DNA of 61,574 nucleotides, filler included, from Pirum gemmata (Eukaryota): NCBI GenBank assembly GCA_002812295.1. It is 13 parts of 13 records of this genome, joined end to end, with 100 filler letters (N's around TTAATTAATTAA, not from the genome) between each part and the next. Parts side by side here need not be neighbours in the genome. Positions count along the whole stretch, not along the records: positions 1 to 4,462 come from PDIN01001153.1; positions 4,563 to 9,025 come from PDIN01001154.1; positions 9,126 to 13,582 come from PDIN01001155.1; 10 more parts are not named here. One strand, 5' to 3'. Shown piece by piece: positions 1 to 9,506 of this stretch (position 1 is its first letter; each line of letters starts with the position of its first letter). The notes under the pieces were generated by a model. It saw only the letters and a program-made list of their open reading frames with translations, ran no database searches and was not told where the DNA came from. The position numbers and the translations under genes were made by a program.

Positions 1-75
1 AGTAAAACACGGAACTAAGGTTGGCTCGATAAGCATATGTTCGAAAAAAGTTCCAGTAGATATCTCACCCCTACT
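1..75 (-). mobile_element. MITE family A, partial copy at window edge
   Basis: Near-identical to 392-466 and ends in the terminal inverted repeat (TIR) ATCTCACCCCTACT. Confidence 0.85.
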
Positions 76-106
76 GTCACAGTTCTAGGATTAAAAAATA
101 ATGATA

Positions 107-526
107 CGGTGCAAATGATTAAAAAAACGTCCAACTTTTGGGATTCACTAGAATTTTAAGTTTTCGAACATAAGCCATGCAATAGGTATTTAATAGGCTT
201 GAAATTTTTGATATTTAAAAAAAAAGGGGGTTAAACTAGTAGGGGTGGGATGACGTCATTTTATTATTACCGAACATCTGTCGGAACTTTTCCGATTTGG
301 TTTTATTACTATTAATGTTAATATTATTACTTTAATTGGTAACTACTATAATTAGATTTACTATCTTAAGCTACTTAACTGCTATTATTAGTAAAAAACA
401 CGGAACTATGGATGGCTCGATAAGCATCTGTTCGAAAAAAGTTCCAGTAGATATCTCACTCCTACTGTTAAACTTTTTTAAAAGAGTATTAAAAAAAAGT
501 AGGGCGTTTTTAGATTGTTTGCACCA
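107..526. mobile_element. MITE family C (TA-flanked, ~35-bp TIR) carrying a nested family A copy
   Basis: Left end ta|CGGTGCAAATGATTAAAAAAACGTCCAACTTTT. Reverse complement of right end ta|TGGTGCAAACAATCTAAAAACGCCCTACTTTT. Related copies at ~25738-25880 and ~41604-41760. Confidence 0.75.
238..466 (-). mobile_element. MITE family A (~230 bp, 14-bp TIR AGTAGGGGTGAGAT, 8-bp TSD)
   Basis: TIRs at both ends and a perfect TSD GTTAAACT at 230-237 and 467-474. Confidence 0.92.
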
Positions 527-569
527 TACTCTATTATCGTGTTTTTCAATTCAAAAACTGAAATAAACG

Positions 570-690
570 TACCAAAAAATTATTATTAGATACGTTTTAA
601 CTAATTCGGTAGTTTATATTTAATGTTTTATTTTATACACAAGTTCAATTATACACTTAAACAGTACCAAATTAACGGTTGAGGACTACT
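570..690. repeat. Dispersed repeat family E
   Basis: The core CAATTATACACTTAAACAGTACCAAATTAA recurs at ~14845-14870, ~42025-42085 and in reverse at ~53990-54110. Confidence 0.6.
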
Positions 691-805
691 GGTAAGTAAT
701 AGTGTAATGATAAATATTAGTATTATTTATCAAAAAAAAAATTAAAAAAAAAATCGTCTATTTTCATTACAGTAACTGTTGCCGTCTCAATCTGTTGAAA
801 AAGCA

Positions 806-960
806 AACCTTAACCTTAACCTTAACCTTAACCCTAACCTTAACCCTAGCCTTAACCTTAACCTTAAAACTTAACCTTAACCTTAACCTTAACCTTAACC
901 TTAAAACTTAACCTTAACCTTAACCTTAAACCTTAACCCTAGCCTTAAAACCCTAACCTT
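806..960 (+). repeat. Telomere-variant hexamer array (CCTTAA/CCCTAA)n
   Basis: Tandem CCTTAA units mixed with CCCTAA, internal to the scaffold. Confidence 0.9.
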
Positions 961-984
961 ATATCCCAGACCTTTTAAAAATCC

Positions 985-1560
985 TTTATAATTTCAAATC
1001 CATGTAAAGTAAAGTAAATTAATAATATAATATATAATTTATACATTAAATTTTATTAAAAATTTCAGTTTTTGACAAACTAGCTATTATATGTAGACTA
1101 CTGATAATTGGTGGATATGCGTAAAGTTAGTAATTGTTAGTGCTTTATAATAATTATAATATTATTAAAAGTTAGTTGTGGTTCTCTAGTCTGTGATAGG
1201 AAGTGTTGTATGCCATAGCAACCCTAATAATCCCTAACCCTAGTATAAAACTACAATAAATTGTAAAAAAAGTTGACGGAATTGAAACTAGTGTTGATTG
1301 TGTTTTGCCAGTTTTTATAATTTCAAATCCATTTAAAATCTAGTATTAATAAGTTAATAATATATAATTTGTATTAATACATTTATTAAATTTCAGTTTT
1401 TGACAAACTATGCTATTACATAGACTACTGATAACTGGTGGATGTACGAGCTGTATGCGTAAAGTTAGTGACTATTAGTGTCAATTATAATATTATTAAT
1501 TAAGTTAGTTGTGTACAATAAATTTGATGGGATTGAAACTAGTGTTGATTGTGTTTTGCC
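985..1560. repeat. Degenerate tandem duplication (~330/250-bp units)
   Basis: TTTATAATTTCAAATCCAT...TTTTTGACAAACTA...GAAACTAGTGTTGATTGTGTTTTGCCA occurs twice, starting at ~985 and ~1314. Confidence 0.8.
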
Positions 1561-2089
1561 AAACAGAGTTCAAACAGTCTATGATATAATATAATATTAA
1601 CAATACTGACATTTTAATAAGAATATTAATTACCGAATACCACCGAATGCATTGAGCTCAGAATCATACAATGTAATTTTTAATGTGCAAGCTATATATA
1701 ACATTGAAGTGCCTTATATAATAATAAAAATCTAACAAATTTTGATTAAAGAATGTATCAACCTTTAGATTTTATGACGAATGACGAAAATATACTTTGA
1801 ATGTGGCTAAGGAGTTTAGCAATAATATTATAGAGAATGCTAATGCTAATTTAATTAAAAGGTTCAGATTATGAATACAGGTTAGTGACCGTTAGTCACG
1901 AAATTACCAGCACCCAGGGAACTGCTGCAAAAAACTAGGTTATTAAAATTAAATTTATTTGTTCAAATTATTATAATAAACGATTATAATCGTTTACAAG
2001 ACACAGCAAGTGTGGCAGGTTAATTAAGATACAATCCTTACGAACCTATGCATTGTATTCAAGTGGCAGGTGAGTGGTGTTGGTGTAAC

Positions 2090-2124
<35 letters not shown>

Positions 2125-2944
2125 CATTGCTTTTATAGAGTGCTTATAGCTGTTGCTTATAATTCATAAGAAATAAAAAATAATAGAATAAAATAAGAAT
2201 TTATGAAAATAACCTTGCAACCAACTTTAATTAAAATCACCCCAACCCCATCCTCAACCATAACGATCTCTACGACGCAAGAAAACACCACAAACATTGA
2301 TAATTATAGTTGTTTTTAATTAAAAAATAAAAGAAAGGTACAGAATCATAAAAACATTTTATAAAATAAGCTTATTACCAAATTTAATCACCCCAACCCC
2401 AACCCCAACACTAACAATCCCTAATACTCACACTAACAGTCAGTGGCTAACTAGGGTCAAGTTTTGATTTATGATATATTAAATTATATAATATTAAATA
2501 GCTATTTTTTAAAAAAACTTAATTTTAATTTTTTAAAGATACAAAATAATAAAAACCTTTTATAAAAATAAACTTACAGACATACCAACCCTAACCCTAA
2601 CCCAACATTCTTTTTTTGATGTTTTAATGCTAATGCTAATAATTTATAAAAAATAAACTTTTTAATTAAAAGAATTATTACTTATTAGTTATTAATTATT
2701 AAGCAAAGTGATACATTGCAAGTACTAGTGTTGGAAAAAAAATAAAAAAATAGAAAAAGATAATATTTTCATAACATTTTAATTATTAATGATAATGATA
2801 ATTGTCATTTATTCAATTCAAATATAGTTACAAACTAATTGATATGATATTAATTACATAATGATTATACTATAATGACTGGTTGTGTTAGAGAAGATTG
2901 TTATAATAATCTATGGTTGTGTTGGAAAAGATTGTTACAATAAT

Positions 2945-4099
2945 CTATGGTTGTGGTGGTGGTGGTGGGATGTTTCCTGGGCAACTATGATCCCAAGTAT
3001 CAATCCAAACTTCAACCGTATGTTCCCAACTGGTATTTCCTTGGGAGTCGGTTGCTGTGATTTCAACAGAATGGGAGTGACATTCGCCTTGTAAATACTG
3101 GGCTGCTGAATCAATAAGTTCAACGGTCATTAGATTCTTCATGTTGTCTTCTGACATGGAATAAGAAACGCTTTTAATGACATCTACCCCAACGAAAGTA
3201 GGTACATATGTACCCTCTTTTTTAATTTTTGCCGTTACTAATTGACCTTGGGTAAACGCGTACCCTTTAACTTTTAAAGGACAATTGCTTTCGTTGGCAT
3301 CAAAACAATGACTTCTTCCACTCTTCAAGGATGGTTTTGGCTCGTGAAAGTCGATATCTACCGAAGTCACTACGTTCCCACTCTTTTTATTGATTATATC
3401 CATAGTAATTTTGGCATGACCCGTAGGAAAAATTTTGTCCATGATTTTGTTGACCGGCCAGATTCCTATATGATCTACGTTACCTACTTTTCCTTCGATA
3501 ATGCCGGATTTACAGTCAACATCAATTAGTTCAGCTGGTTGCCCATCTTCTCCAAGAAACTCAGGTAATTGCACAGCGCAATCATCGGGAAGATTTGTAC
3601 CGTAAATGTAAATAGGGCAAAAATCGGCTCCAAGGTAACAATTGTGATTGCCTCGGGTAGCAACCGCGGGAGGGCCAGCGGGTTTTAGATAAACTGGGGG
3701 ATGCAAGCACCAAGGCCATTCATATACAGTTGCTTTAGATGGTTGAACATTATATGTACCTTCGCCCCCTACATTTACTGTAACCATTTGATAATGCCGT
3801 TCACCATTGGAAGTGTAAGTAGCACAACGGTCACATTGAGAGGGGTCTATATCGAGATCATCAAAGTCACCTACACTTATAAAGTCCGTGAAAGCGTGGA
3901 ATGTACCATCAACTGTTATTCCACCTTGGGGGCCGGTATTAACAAGATAATGATACGTAGCGGCAAAGAAAGTAATGTCTCCATTCGAATCCATATCACT
4001 GTGACACAGTTCAATCGTGTGTGCGTTTGTTTGCAGCGATTTATTGTTAATGCTCAATGTTGCAAGAGCAGAGAACAGTAACGATTTAATAGAAAACAT
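2945..4099 (-). CDS. Intronless secreted Cys-containing protein of unknown function (384 aa)
   Basis: Long, high-complexity ORF with elevated GC, an N-terminal hydrophobic signal-like segment, beta-rich modules and a C-terminal PPPPPQP. Confidence 0.85.
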   Translation of the reverse strand: MFSIKSLLFSALATLSINNKSLQTNAHTIELCHSDMDSNGDITFFAATYHYLVNTGPQGGITVDGTFHAFTDFISVGDFDDLDIDPSQCDRCATYTSNGERHYQMVTVNVGGEGTYNVQPSKATVYEWPWCLHPPVYLKPAGPPAVATRGNHNCYLGADFCPIYIYGTNLPDDCAVQLPEFLGEDGQPAELIDVDCKSGIIEGKVGNVDHIGIWPVNKIMDKIFPTGHAKITMDIINKKSGNVVTSVDIDFHEPKPSLKSGRSHCFDANESNCPLKVKGYAFTQGQLVTAKIKKEGTYVPTFVGVDVIKSVSYSMSEDNMKNLMTVELIDSAAQYLQGECHSHSVEITATDSQGNTSWEHTVEVWIDTWDHSCPGNIPPPPPQP

Positions 4100-4462
4100 A
4101 ATTTTCTTATTATTTTTTATGTTTTATTATGTTATATTATGTATTATATAACTTGCGTAAGTTAATAAATTAAAGTAAAAAAAAAAAATAATAATTATTA
4201 ATATGGTGTTTTAATTAAATAATTAATTTTTTTAAATTTGGTTATAATAATTATTAGCAATATTTTAAATAGTTAGTAATAGTAGGCTAGCTAGTGCTGT
4301 TGTTGTTGCTGTTGTTGTTGTTTTTTTTTTTTTTAAAAAATAGACTCTTTATATACAATTTTCTTACTATTTTTGTTGATTGTTATTGTTGGCGTTATTA
4401 TTATTGGTTTTATTTTCCTTTTTCCTTATGCATTATTATTATCAAATTATCATTATATTATT

Positions 4463-4562
4463 NNNNNNNNNNNNNNNNNNNNNNNNNNNNNNNNNNNNNN
4501 NNNNNNTTAATTAATTAANNNNNNNNNNNNNNNNNNNNNNNNNNNNNNNNNNNNNNNNNNNN
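4463..4562. other. Artificial scaffold linker (N44-TTAATTAATTAA-N44), first of 12
   Basis: Identical 100-bp spacers with stops in all six frames start at 4463, 9026, 13583, 18145, 22645, 28739, 34409, 38939, 43459, 48010, 52538 and 57061. Most intervening segments are 4400-4463 bp, consistent with size-sorted concatenation. Confidence 0.97.
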
Positions 4563-5452
4563 ATTTGGTATATTTTATTATCTAAGTATTGATTTAAAAA
4601 TGCCAATTTAAAGATTATAACCCTCCAAATAAATATTAAGAGTGACAAACTAAATGAAAAGCACGATAATATATTATATCGAAAGCTAGCTAGAAATATA
4701 GCTAGCTAAGTCTAGCTCTGCAATTATCAACCCTTTATCACCCGATTTAATTTATTTTGTCAGTCCGAATATTTATTTGGTTATTTATAATATTTAAATT
4801 GATACTTTTAAATAAATAAATATATAATAAAATATACCTAATTAAAAAAAATGGATTTATATTCCATTAATTTGGTACTATTTATTCTATATTTTATAAC
4901 GACAAAATAACTGAAAAGCACGATAGTCTAACTGTTTAGAAGTAGACCAGTGAAGTAGACTAGCTTCTGGGAGACTGGGACATCAGTGGCCATCACTGGC
5001 GTGTTAAAAAATACTGTTAAAATAGACTAATAAACTTCGAAAAAAGGCAGGATTTTTTTAAAAGTTTGAAAAAATAAATGTTGATTGGCCAACTTTCTGC
5101 CAAAACAAAACAAAACAAAATAAAATAAAACAAAACAAAACAAAACAAAACAAAACAAAACAAAAACAAAACAAAATAAAACAAAACAAAACAAAACAAC
5201 ATATATAATATATATAAAAAAATTGGAAAAACAAAAAGCAAATGTACAAAAACTAACTAAAATAATAATAATTATTATAATGGATAATATTAATTAATAG
5301 TAAAATAATACCCATAATTATTATGCATAGTAATAATATTAATAACTTGTATAATAAATAAAATAATACCAATAATAAATAATAATATATTATATAATAA
5401 TAATAATAATAATTTCATAATTATATATAACTTATTATACAATATTATAAAT

Positions 5453-7324
5453 ATGATAAACAAGTTTTCATTTCTTACAGAATTATTGATTACTTTTGGT
5501 GTAATCAATATCCATGCGAACGCAGGTCAAACTGGTGGTGGTGAAAGAAGAGCTAAAATTATCAATTTAAATTGTGATCCTAAAGATGTTATATTAACAG
5601 TTTCTGGTTACGATTGGTTAAATAATTATGCTGAATTTGAATTATTCAGATTTATAAGTAAACGAGGCAATCAAGGGTACTCTAATGGTGATGCCATTTT
5701 ACCACCCACTGCTCTAGATGCCTCTGCAACAAATGATGGAAACACTTTTTATCTTCCTTATGATTATTATGATCAAATTGGAAACCAACGACCTTTTGTT
5801 CATTATAATATCATTAATGGCATTGATCGTGAAAATAGTATTAGAATATTGGCAAGTCAATTGGAAACTTCACAAAGTTTATATATAAGTTGTGACTATA
5901 ACGGTAATGGAGGAGTTGATGCTGTCACTTTAACTTCAAATAATGTATACACAATAGTTGGTTTTGAAGATACTAAAGCCTACGCTATAAACGATTTTAG
6001 CTGCACTGGTGGCATTGGTATTTATGGTGTTAGTGGGAGATTTTATGGAGAGGATTATCCTGGAATATCTAGTGTATTAATTCCGGAATGGGACTACCCT
6101 GTTCAAATTTGTAAATTGGATCGTGAGCCATTTAGTGATTGTAAATCAGTACTTAGACATGAAGGACAAGGTAGAAATGTGTATTGTTTAGGAAATGATT
6201 GGTGGCTTACTGGTGACTATGTTTACGCTTGTTTGAATAATTGTCGGCAAGGAAAATTTTCTAGAAATAACGTTTTTGATGATCGTTTTAATATTCGCAC
6301 TCGTAATTATAATTATGGGCCTAGGTCTAGAAGATGTATACACGCTGATAAAAAGGATCCTAGAGTCAAATTAATTGAATGCACTCAATATGAACAAAGT
6401 CAAGAAATGATATATGATTGTCAAGATGAATATTGTGTCATTCAAAATAGAGAAACTGGTGAAGCGATCACGGTGAATAATGATAACCAAATAGTTTGGA
6501 CTCCATCTAGACCACAACCTTTCCCACAACAACAACAATGGATAATTCACAGAAATGGAGAAAACATAGCTTTTGAAAGCTTGTTACATTCTGGAATGTG
6601 TTTAGTTCCATTTTCTTCAAGACAACAGGTGCAATTTATACCATGTGACCCTAATAAGATTCACGATACCAATGTTTATGCCTTTGTTGTTGATACAAAT
6701 CAATTAACATTAACCAGTTCTCAATCAAGACAAATTACAAGACCTGAATTGACATTTTTCACCAATGATAACCGCGATACAACTGATTATTATAATTATG
6801 GTTCAGATTACATTTTCAACGAAGATTTGAATAGTGGTAATGCAGAGTTAACTACTATCCGATATTGCGGCGGAAGTTTAAACGTTTATGGACCTGACTT
6901 TGAAGTATATTTTATAAGTCCAAGTAAGCATAGATTTGAATCACCAAAGTGTTCGTATGTATATTTAACTCCTGAGCAAAGAGCGCTAGCTACTAGTTAT
7001 GTTTTCATCCCGGCTGAGCAGCCTATTACTTTCCCAAGTATACAGAGTAATACCAATCTTGCCTTTTTTGATTCAAATGGCAAAGTATTAGAATACAATG
7101 AAGAGTATCTTGATTATACAAATTTACCTTCTATTAATACTTTCATTACTAATATTGAAAAAATAACATTTTGTGGTGTTTCTGGTTCCTTACTTGTTAT
7201 ACTAGAAAGTAACATTCATAAATATCGTTTAGATGAGGATGGATGTATTAATATTGATGGCCGTGATATAACAGAGCAAAACTTCTTATTTAGTTATAGA
7301 AGCACAGGTTCCATGACTTTTTGA
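5453..7324 (+). CDS. Intronless secreted protein with a probable ricin-B (beta-trefoil) lectin-like domain (623 aa)
   Basis: Signal-like N-terminus. The central region RCIHA..VKLIEC..QSQEM..QQQWII..SGMCL..QFIPC matches the QxW/Cys pattern of ricin-B lectins (recognised by eye). Confidence 0.8.
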   Translation: MINKFSFLTELLITFGVINIHANAGQTGGGERRAKIINLNCDPKDVILTVSGYDWLNNYAEFELFRFISKRGNQGYSNGDAILPPTALDASATNDGNTFYLPYDYYDQIGNQRPFVHYNIINGIDRENSIRILASQLETSQSLYISCDYNGNGGVDAVTLTSNNVYTIVGFEDTKAYAINDFSCTGGIGIYGVSGRFYGEDYPGISSVLIPEWDYPVQICKLDREPFSDCKSVLRHEGQGRNVYCLGNDWWLTGDYVYACLNNCRQGKFSRNNVFDDRFNIRTRNYNYGPRSRRCIHADKKDPRVKLIECTQYEQSQEMIYDCQDEYCVIQNRETGEAITVNNDNQIVWTPSRPQPFPQQQQWIIHRNGENIAFESLLHSGMCLVPFSSRQQVQFIPCDPNKIHDTNVYAFVVDTNQLTLTSSQSRQITRPELTFFTNDNRDTTDYYNYGSDYIFNEDLNSGNAELTTIRYCGGSLNVYGPDFEVYFISPSKHRFESPKCSYVYLTPEQRALATSYVFIPAEQPITFPSIQSNTNLAFFDSNGKVLEYNEEYLDYTNLPSINTFITNIEKITFCGVSGSLLVILESNIHKYRLDEDGCINIDGRDITEQNFLFSYRSTGSMTF

Positions 7325-7590
7325 AAATTGTATTGTTATCAAATTTTATACTAAAATAAAAAACAAATATATATAAAAGATAAAATACATTAAAAAATTT
7401 TTAATTTTAATTAAAAAATGCTTTTTAATTATAAATAAAATTATTATTAGTATTACTAATTTTGTATGCCATTATGCTATACAAAAAGAAATATTATATA
7501 TTATATAAAATATAATGTTGTAACAAAATGATAATAATTATGTAATACTAATAATATCAATAATAATAGTATTTAGTTCAACTCTGGAAC

Positions 7591-7631
7591 CAAAGACTCC
7601 ATGAAAAAACTTTCTTTTTCTGGGGTCTTTG
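7591..7631. mobile_element. 41-bp CAAAG-terminal mini-element with 7-bp TSD (P-superfamily-like remnant)
   Basis: ctggaac|CAAAGACTCCA...TGGGGTCTTTG|cttgaac, a 6/7 TSD match. Confidence 0.6.
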
Positions 7632-7771
7632 CTTGAACCTAAAATTTTTTTTTCTGCTGGTTCATCTAGCTAGCTAGTAGCATTAGAGACTCTATATATA
7701 GTCTCTATAATAACAATAATAATAATATCATAATAATAATAGAGTATCCTATAATCCTACCAGTAATCCTA

Positions 7772-8057
7772 CCAGTAAAAAATCTGAAGATGGAAAAATC
7801 TGAACATGGAATTGAATCTAGAAGGGTATTTTTGTCAACAAAGACATCTAGATTGGTATTTCAAACTCTTTAATCGACATCTGGATACACTTTTTTTNNN
7901 NNNNAAAGGATCAAAAAAAATATCGATTCAAACGATGGTTTTAAAGTCTAAAAATACCAATCTAGATGCCTTAGTTGACAAAAATACCCTTCTAGATTCA
8001 ATTCCATCTTCAGATTTTTCCATCTTAAGATTTTTCCATCTTCAGATTTTTCACTGG
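7772..8057. mobile_element. Foldback MITE with ~95-bp TIRs, TA-flanked
   Basis: ta|CCAGTAAAAAATCTGAAGATGGAAAAATCT...AGATTTTTCCATCTTCAGATTTTTCACTGG|ta. The arms continue with GAATTGAATCTAGAAGGGTATTTTTGTCAAC and its reverse complement, and contain 16-bp subterminal repeats. Confidence 0.85.
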
Positions 8058-8130
8058 TACCATCAACCTGTCTAGACGACCCACTCTGATCCTATCTTTT
8101 TATCAATACACAACGCAATACAACTAGAAC

Positions 8131-8363
8131 AGTAGGGGTGAGATATCTACTGGAACTTTTTTCGAACAGATGCTTATCGAGCCAACCTTAATTCTGTGTT
8201 TCTTACTAATAATAGCAGTTAAATAGCTTAAAATAGGTAATCTAATTATAGTAGTTACCAATTAAAATAATAATATTAACATTAATAGTAATAAAAACCA
8301 TAAAATTGGAAAAGTTCTGGCAGCTGTTCGGTAATAATAAAATGACGTCATCTCACCCCTACT
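8131..8363 (+). mobile_element. MITE family A, full copy
   Basis: Perfect TIR AGTAGGGGTGAGAT/ATCTCACCCCTACT and TSD ACTAGAAC at 8123-8130 and 8364-8371. Confidence 0.93.
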
Positions 8364-9506
8364 ACTAGAACTAAGACTTATTTTTTTTTTTTATTATTAT
8401 TTTTTATAGACTAGCTGGACCTAGAGCTTTTATTTTTTTTAAAAAAAAAATACCTGGTGTTCTCTTGTATTCTTATTATTATGGTAATTTATAATTAATT
8501 TTTTATATATATCGAAGACAGTTTCGAAGACCTAACTTTTTAAGTTTTTTTTTAAAAAACTTTTACTTTTACAGTGCTTTTCACTAGGTGCTTTTCAGTT
8601 GTTTTGTCATCATAAAATATATAATAAATAGTACCAAATTACTACAATATAAATCAAACAATGAATAATAGTAACTTTGCCGTTATAGCTGGTTATAGAC
8701 TGTTAACTGGTTGGTTAAAAAGAATTCAATAAATATTTTTGCTTTCTATATAAGGTAATATTTTTTAAAAAATTATTCACAAAATTACCAAACATGTTTA
8801 AAAATTTTTTTTTTGCTACAGCATAGGACTAGCACAGGGACAGCAATTTTTTTTTCACAGCGTAGTAGGCCTAGCTAGCTACTATAGCAAAATAATCAAC
8901 TGAAATAACAGTATTGATATTTTTGGAAAATTTTATCGTGCTTTTCATTTATTTTGTCACTCTGAATATTTGTTTGGAGGGTTATAATATTTAAATTGAC
9001 ATTTTTAAATCAATGCATAGATAATNNNNNNNNNNNNNNNNNNNNNNNNNNNNNNNNNNNNNNNNNNNNTTAATTAATTAANNNNNNNNNNNNNNNNNNN
9101 NNNNNNNNNNNNNNNNNNNNNNNNNTCACCATTTTTATCTGGCTTGATATGGTAGTTAAAAAAAAAAAAAAACCTATTATTAAACAAAAGAAGAATTCAA
9201 CAAAGCATAAATAAAAGAGTACAATTTGTCACACACACAAAACTATTATAAAACTTTAACTAAAGCAATTTCAGGTTGAAATACAAGGGTAAAAAACATT
9301 TTTAAAGAACGTGTTAAGATTCATCTGCTATTCTAGTAATTTTTTTGTCGATTTTTTTAGCAAAAGTGAAAGTGAAATTGCTTTGTTTTTTTTATGTTTA
9401 GTATATACTGTTTTTGAATAAAATAATCACAACCACACCGAAAACAAAAGAAAAGAAAGGCAGAAAAGCGAAGCAAAGCAGAAAAGAAAATTTTATTTTT
9501 CTAATT

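Noticed and set aside
336..566. Similar short ORFs at 336-566 and 14238-14423 as a small gene family
   Set aside because: Both lie inside MITE family A copies and have no transposase features.
4507..4518. Recurrent TTAATTAATTAA motif as a biological element
   Set aside because: It is always centred in exactly 88 Ns and is a six-frame-stop assembly linker. Gene neighbourhoods across linkers carry no meaning.
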